A DNA stretch of 64,000 nt from Lama guanicoe (Eukaryota), in NCBI GenBank assembly GCA_013239625.1, contig MU054323.1, positions 9,103,220 to 9,167,219 on the forward strand. Reading direction: 5' to 3'. Below the pieces are notes generated by a model, which saw only the letters and a list, made by a program, of their open reading frames with translations, was not told where the DNA came from and ran no database searches. A program made the position numbers and the translations under genes. Shown one piece after another: positions 36,995-51,069 of this stretch. How positions within the stretch are numbered: the first letter of the stretch is position 1; each line of letters begins with the position of its first letter.

Positions 36995-37700
36995 ATCCTT
37001 GATCCAGCAATTCCTTTTCTAGACCTATCCTACAGAAATACACAGGCATGCAAAGATGAGGTACAATGATGTTCATTCAGCTCTGCTTGTAACAGAAAAA
37101 ACTAAAAGACACCTAAGTATCTATCAGAGTGGATAGGTTAGAAAAAATATGACATACATATCTAATGGAATCCACTGCTGCTGTTAAAAAGAATGCAGCA
37201 GATCTCTGCTTTGTCACAGAAAGATTTCTATAATTTATTTATAAGTGAAAAAGGCAGTTTTATAATAAAGTCTTTAGTATGATCCCCCTCTTAAACAAAC
37301 AAAAAAAACCTGTCTGTGTATTTATATTTATACACTTACATAGAAGAGAAAGAAGTCTGAATGGTTACTCACTAAACTAATAAGTGATTAGTTACAAAAT
37401 GCTGAGAATAAATCTGACCACAGATTAACTGCTGTGCACCATGCAAAGGCATAATTCTTAAAATATATATAATATCTTACATCAAAAAATGAGTACATTG
37501 TTAGTGAAATAATGTAATTTCTGGGTTTTGCTTCAAAATAATCCAAGGTTGCAGTGGGGGATGGGGAGTAAGCCATAGATTTTACAAGATGGGCCAAGTG
37601 TTGATAATTGTTGAAGCTAAATGACAGTGTCTATGGGTTTACCATCCTATTCTCTATATGTTCATGTAGATTTGAAAATTTCCACAATAAAAACAAATTT
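36995..37700 (+). mobile_element. Old L1 (L1ME-like) 3' fragments
   Basis: ttgatccagcaattcc, atgatgttcatt, ctgttaaaaagaatg, ctgggttttgcttcaaaataatcc, tgttgataattgttgaagct, gaaaatttccacaataaaa. Confidence 0.75.
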
Positions 37701-39159
37701 TAAGGAAACAATTATATTAAATTTTAAGCAACAATTGCTGGAATGAGAAATTCTACAATTTAATTTGACTGTAAATACTGTGTAAAAATCAATGAAAACT
37801 TATTTGCCTGTATTTTATCAAGGGAAAGCACTCTTACCAAAAGTAAGTGGATACACTGGCTTAGCGTCTGACTAATAACTAAATTTAGAGGAAAAGTGAA
37901 AATGCCATAAAGGACTCCTTTTGGCTTGTGCTACCATAAATCAGCATGAATACTTTACCATGATGAAAAAAAGTGAAGAATTAGTAGATGTAGCTAACCA
38001 AAGAAGAATGCAAGTCTGTAATAGACAAGATGGAAAAAAATGATGTCACCCTGGAACCATGTAAAACTAGAGAACACAGGATGTTCCAAGTAGTGACTGG
38101 GAGCTGCAGAGGTGATTGATAGCATCCAACAGTAATTATTATTCATTACAACGTAAGATGGACTAAACTCCTGGTTGTCTTAACAGCATGTCAGGGGCTG
38201 GCACAATAATGTTGATGAGGAACTGGTGATGCCTAGCAGGGTGGCTGTGTAGGTATAAAGACAGGAAAATGGGGCAGAAGCTCTTACTGGTGTCACATGG
38301 AGGGCGGGGGCTGGACAGTCAAGAAGGCCCTAATGACAAGCTCAGAGAAACAGGAAGAAAATCACCGTAAGTAAAGAGAGCATGGAAAGGCGGGGCTACC
38401 CAGAATGCTGGCTTGGCAGTCTCTCACTCTAGGGGTTCCTTTCTGTGACTTGAGCAAAAACACTCAAAGCTTGGGCCACATGCTGGACCATGTTATTGTG
38501 AAAGTCATGGTGGCCAGCCAAGAAGTTTTGTTTGCCAAATGGAAAAGGACTAAAGTGGCATTAAAACATATTTTGTATCCTACCTAGAATTTAATCTTGG
38601 CAATCTTACAATCTCAATTATTTGTAATTGTTCCTGTAATGTTCCATTTGCTTTGAAATGGATATAAAGACCAGAACCAACCTGCATAATTTCATCACAA
38701 GCAGCTGCAGCACCAGCCCTGCCACGGGCCCACCTCACAACACTGTGACCTAGAGAGGAGGGTGGCTGAGAGGGCTCCCAAGTCATTTTTTGATGTTGCC
38801 GGTGCTGTTTAAAACCAATGCTTTCATTTTGGTAAAGACAGAGATTTCTGAGACAGTCTATTGAAAGATGGAAGAGGGTCTTTTCCTCTGTATTTTAACA
38901 ACTGATAAGTAATCCAGTTATACATTGTGTTTAATTCAAACTTCACTATTTGTAAGTATGCAGATAAGGGAGTTGTGATAATAAATCCACAGATGATGAT
39001 GACAACGATGATTTTACCATCTTTCTCATAGATGGAGTACTGCTGATTGGCACATATGCAACCTTGTGAGGCAATGGACAGGACACTCAGCACTCAGCAG
39101 ACCTTTAAGGTCTGCTCGTTCTGCTCTGTGATCAGTCCATTCACACACTGTGACATTAC

Positions 39160-39310
39160 AGAACTGTGAGAGCTCTCAGTCCCATTCCCTTGTTCCACAG
39201 AAGAAACTGAGGTCCAGTGCAAGGAACTGACTTACTTGCCTGAGGTCCCCGATTTGCTGAGTGATTGATTCTGAATTCCAAGTCATACTTCTTGACTCCC
39301 AAACCCTCTT
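39160..39310 (-). mobile_element. MIR SINE fragment
   Basis: acagaagaaactgaggtccag...gacttacttgcctgaggtc...ttcttgactccc. Confidence 0.6.
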
Positions 39311-39432
39311 CTCTCAGGTGAGAACGAAGATACATTAAATTCAAACACACACACCATTCATAGTATAGAATCTAGGCTGTATCTGACTGGTAATTACCAA
39401 ATAGGGACCAGCTGAACTCTAGACAGAGGCGC

Positions 39433-39465
39433 GTGTGTGTATGTGTGCTTGTGTGTGTGTGTGTG
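39433..39465. repeat. Imperfect (TG)n microsatellite
   Basis: gtgtgtgtatgtgtgcttgtgtgtgtgtgtgtg. Confidence 0.85.
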
Positions 39466-39674
39466 TTTTATGGGGGAGAGTAGGGGACACATTACTGAAA
39501 ACAATCTAGGGTCTTGTCTCTGTGACTTAAGCAGTAGTAACACTCAGGGCTTAGGCTACATATTGGACAGTGTTACAGTTCATGTGTTTTACTTTTCTAG
39601 AGATACTCTTTACAAAGGCTGGGTTCCTTGAAATCAATGGGCTGTGGCAGTTTCTTTATTTAAAGTGTGCTCTA

Positions 39675-39880
39675 GGACACAGAACTTGGGTCTTGGAGTC
39701 TGGAATCCTAGTTTCTACACTGACCTTGGTTGAGCTAATTCCTTAACCTCTCCAAGTGTGTCTTCTCCCCTTCAATCTGGGAGAATAATGCCCGCCATAT
39801 CTTTGTCATAAGGTTTTTCTGAGGATCAAATAGATATGAACGTGCTTTATAAGCTATAAAGTACAGATAAGTGCAGGTAT
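39675..39880 (+). mobile_element. MIR SINE
   Basis: cttggagtctgg...tgaccttgg...cttaacctctc...ataatgccc...gaggatcaaataga...gtgctttataagctataaagt. Confidence 0.65.
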
Positions 39881-41757
39881 ACTATATACAGCAATATGAC
39901 TATGTAAGAAAGATCACACAGAATTAATACTTAGGCGTGCTGGCTCTCAGGAAAAATGTGACGTAGGCTAGGTGGTCTTTGGCTCACCGTCACCTACCCT
40001 CACCCATTCCTGATGCCTCAGGTCCTCCAGCTCCTCAACTGGAAGATGCCTGACAGGTGATGGAGGAAGCATTGCTGGACCCCACCCAAAGGACAGCCTG
40101 AGTCGGGCTGTCTGCCCATCCGGGCAATTCTAGCCTCACCTGTGAAAGGTCAGATCCTCAACTGTGGTTGCTGTACCTTTCCTCCACAAGCTGGGTAGGT
40201 AGCAGGCTATTAGACTAGGACAGGGGAAACAGCATCTCTGAGAAGCAAAGGGTAGTAGGAAAAAAAAGTTAAGTGAGACTATACTTTGACCTATATAAGG
40301 AAAGACAGGAGCATGAATGGAGTGGCACATTGTATTCACATCACCCGATGAAGATGAGTGCAGGGCAGAGAATGCCTACCATAAGCCTGAGACTGTGACA
40401 CCCTGAGAAAATGTAACCAAGTAGGTTTTGGCTTAGAATTCTTTCTGACAGCTTCGAGTCCATTAAAAATACATTAAGTATCAGTGAGAATTTGCCACGG
40501 CATGTTGTTTTGCCAAGAGGAAATTTGTTAAATCAGGACATACATTTAAAAAATTCTCCATCAAATCATTTTAGTAACTTATTTTCCATTTATTTCTATG
40601 GAGAACACTATTCGCTTTGGAAAAAATCACATAAACACACAGACACACACACATACATTTACTGTTATTTTTCTTCTTTTTTTTTAGTTTTGTATCTTGA
40701 TGAGAAGTTTTATCTAGAAAAGTTGATGTGGTTCTCTCTCTGTTTTCTTCTTAATATAAATCACAGAACAATGGCCACAATATCAAAAAGAAGCGCTTGT
40801 CTTAGAGTGGCTACTTTTTATTTTGACCAGAGGGTGCTGATATCAGGGTACTATCCTAATTTTAATTTAAAGAGAGAAGTGAAAGAGAGAAGAAAATTGG
40901 TGTTTACTGAGAAATATGGCATCATATTTTATTTTATTTCATTCTTAGAACAATTTTGCAGGGGAGTATTGTTATATGCATGTAACAGACAGGACTCAGA
41001 AAAATCAGATAATTTTGTTAGGACCACAAAGCTAACAAGGAACAGAAATGGGATTCTAACTCAGAAGATGCTTTCCTCACTAGTCAGTGATGAAAAAGAA
41101 GCAAACAGAAAGAAACTCTCTAGATTTATAAAAGTTTTCTATTTGCTGGGGATGAGAGAAGGGGAGTGGGTGGGAGAACAGATGAATCAAGATTAGCCAT
41201 GAGCTGATGATTGCTGAATCTGGGTGATGAGTTTCCTTACACAATTCTGCCTACTTTGGTGTGTTTGAAAATTTCCAAAGTCCAAGATTAATAAACAAGA
41301 CAAAAAAGGTGCTTAAAGGACATTGACAATACAGAAAATGCTACATATAAGTAATCTTTTGTTTTTATAGAAAAGACAATAAAGTTTTACAAAAAGGAGA
41401 AAGAACTAATCTTCAATTCCTTGAAATGTTTACCAAAATGTACTTGGGCAGTGATTATATGTGACCTGCAGCTTAACCTCTGTTTCTCAGAATGGAAATC
41501 ATTCTACTACTTAGAGTGTATCTTGGACAATGGGCTCCTTCAAGATTCTAGTTACTACTTAAATTACTTCTGCTAACTAGATTGGAGATTTATATTTTGG
41601 ATTATCAGAAATGCTATTCATATTCTTTTTATCTTATTTGTAAGGTTTTCTAACATTATTGAGAACTACAAGAAGACAATGAATCTCACAGATGGGAGAT
41701 AGAGTATTTTAAGGCAGAAAAAGTATGGCTTTGCTTAATTTGAAAGGTTAACTTTCA

Positions 41758-42066
<309 letters not shown>

Positions 42067-42645
42067 TTATAAGTATTATTTTAACATTTCTAAGCCATTC
42101 AGTTTAAATTTTGTATTCCTAATATATCTTCTTTTACATCTCTGTAAGATTCATATTATTCTGATCATCTTGAGCAAAATCTAAAAAAGATTTGCCGTAT
42201 CAATAGTCTTATATACAAAGAATATTAGCTGATAAATTCTATATAACATACTTTAAAATTTTCTTTTATGGAAATGGCTGGTACAATGTATGTGGTAAAG
42301 ATTCTGAATCCTAAGTGACAGGTATCATAATGATGAGTATAAATAGGACTAGGCTTGCTTAATGCTAAAAACTAACGCTCTGTAGTTTGTGTCATATGTG
42401 TACCCCAAGGTATTCTGAAAAGTGATTTTGTAAATCAAAGCACATTTTATAACATCTAATAGATGAAGAACTGTACTAAACAACTTAAGGTAGAGAGAGT
42501 GATATTTGGCTTATATTGTTCCAGATCAAACAGAAGAAGGACTAAGGAACCTTACATACTCATCACTTGGACCCAACTCTCTACAATCCAAGTGGGGACA
42601 GGGTGGTGGTTGGTGCCTTTTCTCTGTCAGGTGGTCTCTCAAGAG

Positions 42646-42971
42646 CTGTGCTGTCCAATGTTAGCCATGAGCACAAGCCCCATGTGGCTACTGAGCCCTC
42701 GAAATGTGGCTCATCCAAATTGAGATGTGCTTCAATCGTACAATACATAGCAGATTTCAAAGACTGAGTACTAAGAAAAGAAGGTAAAATATCTCATTAA
42801 TTTTAAAGAACATTTTTGATTACATGCTGACAGGAAAATATTTTGGCCATATTGAGTTCAGTGAATCTATTAAGATTAATTTTACTTGTTTCTTTTTAGT
42901 TTTTAAAATGTGGCTAATGGAACATGTAAACTTACGCACGTGGCTGGCATTATATTCTATTGGACAGCCTG
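42646..42971. mobile_element. MER33-like hAT-Charlie MITE
   Basis: TIRs gctgtccaat / attggacagc. Internal catgtggcta.tgagc, gatttcaaagact, taaaatatctcattaa, ttttaaaatgtggcta. Confidence 0.85.
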
Positions 42972-44600
42972 ACCTAGAGGGATGAGTGGCAGCAGTCTTT
43001 TCTGTGCTCCAAGCTGCTCGTGTTGATCTTGTATAGACGTGACCTAAAATTACCTCTGAATGCAGAACACATGCTAGTCTCTCATCTGACCACAGATGTG
43101 TTTGTTGGCCACAAGGAGGACTTAATAAAGTGGGGATGGTTCAGCATAAACCCAGTCTCTGCACTGGAAAAATTCAAAGAACCCACACACTGAAAGACAG
43201 CATACCTCCTTGCCTTTCTCCTTCAGTGACCTCATTCTCTCTGCTAGAGTCAACTGCTGCCCGTCCTGCTGACTCCCCAGGCAACATTTCTGGTCTGGCC
43301 TTGGCTGATGAGTGACAAAGCCCAAGACTAAAGCTGTCTGGTGGACACTGCCATATGGCTAGCTCATTCTTGCCTCAAATTTAACTTGTCAGAATTGCCA
43401 CTCACCCCTTCATTTCAAGGAGCTCATTGTTACCTCTCAGGGTATTTGTGTTAGCTCTTCTGCTACAATCTATACTCTCGAGGGCATTACCATGTACGAT
43501 AAACCAGGCAAAGTCTACCATAATAGGCACTCAATACACAATATTAAATTATATCTTTGCACAGAAAACACAGTATTTTGTTAAACAGATAAGGAAGAAA
43601 CAGAATGTGAAGATATCCCTAGAACACAAAAAAAGAGGTTAAGACAGGGAATGAGCTGCTGTTGGCAGCAATAATTACTTAAGATGTAGCTTAAAGTAAT
43701 GGACACAGACTGTCTATTCTTAGAACGAAAACTTTTATCTGCTGCCTTAAAGTGGAATACCCTTTTTGGTTGTTTTTATTGCAACTTTGAGATCACTAAA
43801 GTAGAGCTAAAAAACCCCGTAACTTCTGTGAGAAATGATGTTGTGAAACTGCAGTATAAATAAAAGATAGATAGATCATGACAAATCCTAATTTGACACA
43901 ATGCACCCTGACTGCCCACGATGCACTAGGTTCTTCTGTCCTAGGAGTTCCATGAAATGCTTGGTCGTTTTGAATATTAGTTCTGATTTTAAAAATCTAT
44001 GTAGGTTTTTTTTATACTTAAAATAGTTGGAAGAAATTATGAAAACTTTACTTGAGGGTAAAGGGAAGTTACTGTTTTTAAAGACAAATGTTTCAACTCT
44101 TGCAAGGCCTTGTGACAGGCATAGTTGTATATATAGACTTTTGAGATTTGATTGCTGTTTAAAGAGCAGACAAAATTGAACACTAATGATAAGTTAGAAG
44201 TAATTGGTTGCTGCCATTTGCTCAGTAAATATTCTATAAATATGATTCATCAACTTTCTTATGCACCTATCTATTTACATTTATTTACCTAGTGCAACTG
44301 AAATGACAGGTGAATACTTAACTGCTTTTAGAGACAAATATCAATCCTGGGTTCACATGAAGGGTAAGGGGATGTTACAGAATATAAGTATTATTCTGAG
44401 GCAACTATACCACTTCATATGTATTGGGTGGACAATTTCGTATTTGAATGCTCAACTAGGGAAGTGTAAATAAAGAGAAACACATATATGTAGGTAGGAA
44501 AGACCACACATTAGGCCTTGGAGTGGTGGGTATGGCCAGAGATCCTCAGGAATAGGGTGAAAATGGATGCTTCTGCTTTAGTTCTGGAAATGCTGCTTCA

Positions 44601-44732
<132 letters not shown>

Positions 44733-45144
44733 CTATTTTAACAATTTTCAATGCACCACTAATCCTTGGAAAAGCTTTTTAACCTTTAACCATCTGGAAT
44801 GATAAAAAAGAGATAAGTAATTAGTGCTAATTTATACCCATCACCTATATAAGGAGGAAAATACAAGCCTTCTCACTTAGTTGTGCCTTTTCTCCACATT
44901 AGTAGCAACTCAGCAAACCACCCCCATCTTCAACTCCTTCTAAGTATTCATAGTCGCATACATATGCATTTTTCTAGACCACCATATTTCTTTTCTTCGG
45001 TGAAAGAAATGACAGACTTGAAATGAAAGATTAAAGGTCAAACTCATAAAATGCACTTGTTTGATTTTCCTCATTTTCATAAGCTTTGCATCTCATCAAG
45101 AATTATGGTCTGGCGTGTAAATGGAAATGTTGATCAGGCAGCCT

Positions 45145-45310
45145 TTGGCAGCAGCAAAGAGCCTTGAACTGGAGCCAAAGACCTGCATTCTAGTCCTGGC
45201 TCCAGCTCCAGCTAGCTGTGTGCTCTGGGACAAATTCAGAACCAATCTGGCCTTCAGTTTTCTCTTTTGTGAAATGATGATATCAGCCTCAGTGGTTTTG
45301 AAGATCACTT
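45145..45310 (+). mobile_element. MIR SINE
   Basis: actggagccaaagacctgcattctagtcctggctc...ctagctgtgtgctctgggacaa...ccttcagttttctc. Confidence 0.75.
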
Positions 45311-45624
45311 CCAGCCATGACATTCAATGACTTTTCTTAAAATAGCTTTTGTGAATGCAGCACCTGTTTTCTCTTGTCACCTGCTTTTGAAACATTTCTA
45401 CAAGATGAAGGTTTATAAGCTCCTATCATTTTATTCCCATCTGGAGCAATATACATGCAAGAATTAACCAAAGGACACTTAAGCAAGACTAGACAAAGCT
45501 GTGCATAAAAATTCTCTGGCCACCAGGGGAGGATCTAATAATTCTTTTCTATATTCAACTTTTCTTGTAACCAGATTCTGGAAGAAAGTTATAAAAACTA
45601 ATTTTAAGAAAGATGAAATTTTAC

Positions 45625-45688
45625 CTGTAGAAATACCATTCTGTTTTAAATTTTCTATATAGTTATTGCCAAAGGAGTCTTTGCCAAC
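45625..45688 (-). CDS. RBKS: Ribokinase coding exon 3 (64 bp, phase 0 to 1): VGKDSFGNNYIENLKQNGIST(E)
   Basis: Conserved VGxDxFG motif of PfkB kinases. Acceptor tttggtacag|GTT, donor ACAG|gtaaaa. Phase matches exon 2. Confidence 0.97.
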
Positions 45689-46249
45689 CTGTACCAAAGA
45701 AATGATGAACGTTAGACCTTTTACATTTAGTAAAATGCTACAATGTGGTTTTTAGAATACTTAGCACTTTAAAAGGGCATATCTGCACAGTACTTTACAA
45801 ACATTAACTAATTAGCCTTCTTAATGTTAAGATGCTAGACTTGGTTTCAACCCAAAGAATTGTTATATATTCATGTTCCATTTCTATCCTACCTCAAATA
45901 TGAAGGGTTTAACGACTGTCACAAGTTCTACAGCTTCACTCTCATTTTGATCTGTTCATGCGGAAATTCCCACTGAGACAGAGCTGTCCGCTATCAACAA
46001 TCCTTAGTGTTTATAAAGAATCTCAGTAGTTCATACTTCACTATAAATGAAGGCATCTTTGTAATGACCTGCCTGGTAGTTTAGAATCTTCTTATCGTCT
46101 TCTCTGACCCTGACAGGGGGGCCAAAGAGGAGAAAGTTGAGAGAGCCCTAACTTGGGTAACTTGGTATAGTGGAATTCTGTAGTTTATGCATCCTAGCAG
46201 CCACTCTGATAATGATACTTCAATTTTTCCTCTTCCATCCATAGACAAC

Positions 46250-46790
46250 ATGATTAGGGGTGGCATATTTGGTACAATCAGTGAATTTACATTGACACAT
46301 CACTATCACCCAAGCTCCATAGCTTACACTCGGGTCCAGTCTGGTGTTGTACATTCTGTGGGCTTTGACAAATGTATAGACATGTATCCACCATTATAGT
46401 CTCATACAGAATAGTTTCACTGCCTTAAAAATCCTCTTTGTGCTGTCTGTTCATCCCACCCTCCCCTCAGCCCCTGGGAACTGCTGATCTTTTTGATGTC
46501 TCCATGGGTCTGTCTTTTTTGGGATGAATGTCATATAGTTGAATCATACAGTATGTAGCTTTTTCAAACTGGCTTCTTTGACTTAGTAATACTCTCCTAA
46601 GGTTCCTCTCTGTCTTTTTGTGGCTTGGTCACTCATTGCTTTTTAGTGCTGAATGATACTCCATGGCATGGATGTATCTCAGTTTATCTCTCTATTTACC
46701 CACTGAAGGACATTTGGGTTGCTTCCAAGTTTTGGCAATTATAAATCAAGCTGCTACGAACATCCATGTGCAGGCTTTTGTGTGGATGCC
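46250..46790 (-). mobile_element. L1MC1-like LINE-1 3' end
   Basis: acattgacacatcactatcaccca, ggtgttgtacattctgtggg.tttgacaaatgtata, catacagaatagtttcactgcc, ctgaaggacatttgggttgcttccaagttttggcaattat. Confidence 0.9.
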
Positions 46791-46834
46791 CTCCTATTTT
46801 AATTTTTAATTTTAACCAACTACCACCATTTAAA

Positions 46835-47045
46835 TATTAGGAGATTCCACAAAAACGAACACATTTCCGGGAGGTCCTGGAAATTCAGAGGTTCTGGTAA
46901 CATAGGGCTCACATTCCTGCAAGACAACCCAGCTGGACCTGCCCCAAAGGTGGGCACATGCTGTCTAGTTCACCACAGCCCCCACCTGGCCTATGGAAAT
47001 TTATGCTACCTGCTTGACCCCTGCAGGCTTGTAATTCCTGAACTT
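46835..47045. mobile_element. MER102/Charlie4-like hAT fragment
   Basis: tcagaggttctggtaacatagggctcacattcctgc...cagctgga...agttcaccacagcccccacc...acctgcttgacccctgcaggc. Confidence 0.65.
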
Positions 47046-47253
47046 TACTTCTATTTTTCTGTCCTGCAGGGGAGCATGAGGTAAGTGCATGATGTCTCTA
47101 TCCGGGTCACAGCCACTCCATGTATGTTTGCTCTTCCACAGAAAATCGTTCCTTTCTGGACATATCAGTAGAAAGAAACCTAGAGGTTTACTTGATCAAG
47201 ATGCTCAATGAGTGATGATAACATTTCCTGGTAAGCTTTTGGACTGTCTAGGT

Positions 47254-47486
47254 TAAGGGTTGGAAAATTTTTTTTTCTATAAAGGGCCAGACAGGTAATT
47301 AGTTTACACATTATGGGTCAGATGGTCTCTTTTGCAACTATTCAACTCTGCTCCTGTAGTGTGAGAGCGGCCAAGGACAGTCTGTAAATAGAATGATGTG
47401 GCTGTGTTCCAATAAACTTTATTTACAAAAATACACTGTGGGGAGGGTCAAGATTTGCCCCATGGGCCATAGTGTGCTGACCCTTG
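47254..47486 (+). mobile_element. MER58A-like hAT-Charlie MITE, full length
   Basis: ttttctataaagggccaga, gcaactattcaactctgc, gtggctgtgttccaataaactttatttaca, gggccatagtgtgctgacccttg. Confidence 0.9.
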
Positions 47487-47787
47487 GTTTAAATGCAACA
47501 TCCGATTCCTTCTTCCTCAAAGAACATTTCCTCTGTGCTCCTTTTCTGGTGGAAATGCTCATTAGGCAATAATCTCAAACAGTATGTAATAATTTGTTAA
47601 TAGCAAAATTTCTATCTCAGCAATGAAGAGCATCCACACAAAGGGCTGCTGTGGGGAGAGTTCCCTAGTGGAAGAAGGTCATCTACTAAAGGTTTTCTTC
47701 ATGGAATGCTGGCCACTTATCTACCAGGGAAGTGCCCAGGCATCCTGTTTCTTAGGTCAAAGAGTCATACCAAAAAACAAAATTTTT

Positions 47788-47822
47788 TATTATAATAATA
47801 ATAATAATATATGATGATGATG

Positions 47823-47857
<35 letters not shown>

Positions 47858-47877
47858 TATTATTATTATTATTATTT
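47788..47877. repeat. Compound trinucleotide microsatellite (TAA)n(TGA)n(TAA)n(TTA)n
   Basis: Directly visible. Confidence 0.95.
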
Positions 47878-48634
47878 AACTGTCTCCCATGGGCAATCAA
47901 GGTGTTACCTAGTTGGGAAAGGATCATTTTAAGAATGTCCCTAGGCATGTGGGGCCTGATACAAGTTAGAGCAAAGAAACTCCCCTCCCCTTTCCTATCA
48001 ATTTTTTTTTTTTTACAGGCAAAATCTAAGGTGAATACCAAGGGCAGGCTTGGTAAATGGTGGTGCTATTATAAACATGAGGAAGTGCTGGGATTAGGAA
48101 GAATTGTCAGAGGGGAGGAAGAAACCAAAAAACATGCAGCTTTTGCCCTCAAGAAATGGATAACATTGGAGGGAAAATAAGACATAGAGAGGCAATTATA
48201 ATACCAGCTGGAATATCATGCACATCAGAGGCCTAATTAAGAAGGGGTTTCATGATCAGGGTCACCGCTTTTGCAGGCTTGCTGTGGTTGTACTTTAGAG
48301 GTTGCAGTAGCCTTCTTTCTGCCCAGAGAATTCTGATTGATTATATTGCTTGGAGATGGTTATGGTTCCAGATTTATTCTAGTATTGATTCTCTGGCAAA
48401 TCTTTTGGCTGGCCCTGTAAACTCTGTGTGAGGAGGGGAACAAAATACTTTGCTTTTGCCTTCTCCGATATTTCCTTGTCAAAAATAGATGGAAAAGTAA
48501 CACCACTGCTGAGGATTAGAAGTTGACTTCAGCTCCATTAACTTCACATGTAGGTTGTAGTGATAATTACAAGGTAAAAGAAGCAAAAAAAAACCTAATA
48601 GGAAGACAGTATTTTCATTCATGTCATGAAAGTT

Positions 48635-48790
48635 ATAAGTCCCTACACATTAGCTGTGTGATTTGGGGCAAGCCATTTTGACCATCTCTAGGCCTCAGTT
48701 TCGTTATCTGGAAAGTCACAGCCAGTTTGCTGGGAGGATAAAAAAATATATGCATGAAGGGACACTGAAAACTTTAAAGGATTAAGTAAC
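48635..48790 (+). mobile_element. MIR SINE fragment
   Basis: tagctgtgtgatttggggcaagcca...ctctaggcctcagtttcgttatctggaaa. Confidence 0.7.
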
Positions 48791-48802
48791 AGTTTGGTGC
48801 TA

Positions 48803-48846
48803 TCACCATTACCACCACCACCACCACCACCACCATCATCATCACT
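48803..48846. repeat. (CAC)n/(CAT)n microsatellite
   Basis: accaccaccaccaccaccaccaccatcatcatca. Confidence 0.9.
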
Positions 48847-49847
48847 GCAGTACTGCTGCTTCTGTCTCTTGGGGGAAGGGGCAGGGCTGTTGCTGCTAGG
48901 ATTCATCTTATAAACTCATTACTGCTCATCTGGTTCTCCCTGACAGTTTTAATTCTTCCTGTTACTGCCTATCTTCAACAGAAAAGCACTTGATCATGGA
49001 AACAAGCAGGTGGGTGCATTAAAATATTTTTAAAATGAGACTGTATTACTATCATTCTAATAAAACCATAACAGCTCCATTAATACTTTGGTGTAACTAA
49101 TGCTGTTTAATGTAACCATGTATCTTATTCCTTTCATAAGAACAATGTAGCCAACTGGGAGCATATCTATGCCTAGGGTTACAATATTTTTTGTATCAAA
49201 ATGTGGACAAGGAGATCCGAGTCCTATTTAAAACTGTCCTCTGTGTATTAAGAATTGCACAGATGACTAGTACAATGTTATATTAAAAGAATGCCACCTT
49301 CCCTACTTCCCCACCCTCAAACCTCTTACACATTCATTTATTCTTCTGGATTTACTTTAAAAAAGGTTGAGAGGAGTGACCACCTTCCAATCTCCTTTGC
49401 TTGCTTCTGATTTAAACAAAAGCCTCTTCCCCAGTAACTGGCAGTTGATAACCAGAAATCAGAGGGGTAGAAGCCAAGCTGAGTCATTCATTGCCCGCCA
49501 CTGAGAGGTGAGTGAAAGCATCTTGAAAGTGAGCGATACAAATGGAAAGCCAGTGAAATAATAAGCACTGTCATAAAGGAATCTTCATGGGTATCTTCTG
49601 ATGCTTTCCCATTTTCCCAGTCACACTTTGGCTATCAAATTGATGTGAAAACTTTAAATGTTTAAATATCTTGGCCATGAGGCAAAATGGCGCCTAGGGG
49701 AGTCAGGACACCTGGAACTGAATTTCCAGTGAATTTCCACTGTCATTATCCTAATTAAAATTCTTTACAGTTTGCTGTAAATTGTTCCGCCTGAGCCAAG
49801 CTATAGTGTGGGACTGGTATGAGTTATCTTGGGCAGGTAGAAAACCA

Positions 49848-49985
49848 GGAGTTCTCAGCCTGAGCATATTAGCATCCCCCGAGGATGCCCCGGTTACACC
49901 CAAGACCAATTAAATAAGACCCTTTGCAGACAGGACTGTGGCAAGCTCCCCAGGTGATTACAATGCATGGCCTCCAGTTGAGGGG
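49848..49985. mobile_element. MER5-like fragment
   Basis: gttctcagcctg..catattagcatc...agaccaattaaataaga...aagctccccaggtgattacaatg. Confidence 0.55.
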
Positions 49986-51069
49986 CTGGGTTAAAACTGG
50001 GAGAGTGTTTGTAAAGGTTTGTGTGGAAGAAATGATGCGGGAGAGCACAGTCCTGCTTGGTACCATGTTGGTAAGTCCACTAAATAGGAACACGGACAAG
50101 TGTGACCCATGGAATCTGCTGGGGGCAAGGGGCCCATCAGTGTCCAACACAGGCATCAAGGTATTGTAAACCCTCAGGATTTCCTTGGCTTGTGTTTGCG
50201 GACTGCAGTCTCATTTTGACGTGGCTCAGGCTTGCTTCCCCTTGCTTCTATCTTTCTGAAACTCATATTTGGCAAAAAGGTTGGATTTCTCTGTTTTCCA
50301 GAGTGGTCAGTAGAGGCCCTCTTAACTTGGTATTATCATTTGACTGGACCCTATGTGATTACAATATCTTCATGTCTATTTCCGTGCCTTCACTTATGAG
50401 AACTTTGAAGTCCTCTCCTCGCTCCTCCACCTAATCAAACCTCACCTGTTTTTCAAGCATCACCCTAAGGCCTACCTTCCCCATTCTAGCCCTTGTTAAT
50501 CTTTGCATTTCCGGAACTCCAATAGCATTCCTGCTAGATACCATATAATTAAACATTTAATTGAATGCCATCTTACATTGTTTGCCTAAACAATCTTCCT
50601 TAAAGTCTAGTCTTCCTAAAAGCTTACTGGAGACTCTACCTTAGCATATACTTATCCCTCCCGAAGCCCTGCGCATTAAAGGGGTTCTGTAGGTATTTGA
50701 TCATCTTAGTTGCATGTCTGTTCATTTTTCTCGGGCCTAGCTTATCATTCTTAAAGGGACATGACTTATAGGCAGACAGACTATTCTAGTTATGGCTCCA
50801 GAAAGTTTCTACCCAAGATTTTGCTTCTAACAGCCCTCTTGAAGGCACTCTCACATTCTTTCGGCTGCAGCAGTGAAATACTTTTGGGCAGAAAGATTCT
50901 GGGAAAATGACTTAGTCTGAGGTAGCCTGTTCGTGTCAGCCTGTTCTGGGTGAAAGAAGCCAGGTCACCAGCAGCTATCAACAACTTGCACGTAAGCTGA
51001 GGCAACTTACAGAACCTCACATGCTCTTCGGGAAATTCTGGGCTCAGCTCTACCCTGAATATTGTAGAG

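Noticed and set aside
40492..41196. Longest ORF in the track (234 aa, + strand)
   Set aside because: Starts at TTG, runs through a (CA)n tract, T runs and an L1 3' fragment, has AT-biased F/L/K/I composition and no recognisable domain. It is antisense within RBKS intron 5 and most likely chance.
45515..45533. CTCF-like TGGCCACCAGGGGAGG near exon 3
   Set aside because: Lacks the conserved GGC at the 3' end of the core; insufficient without ChIP data.
47790..48906. ORFs with poly-N/Y/H and poly-G/D tracts
   Set aside because: Translations of microsatellites.
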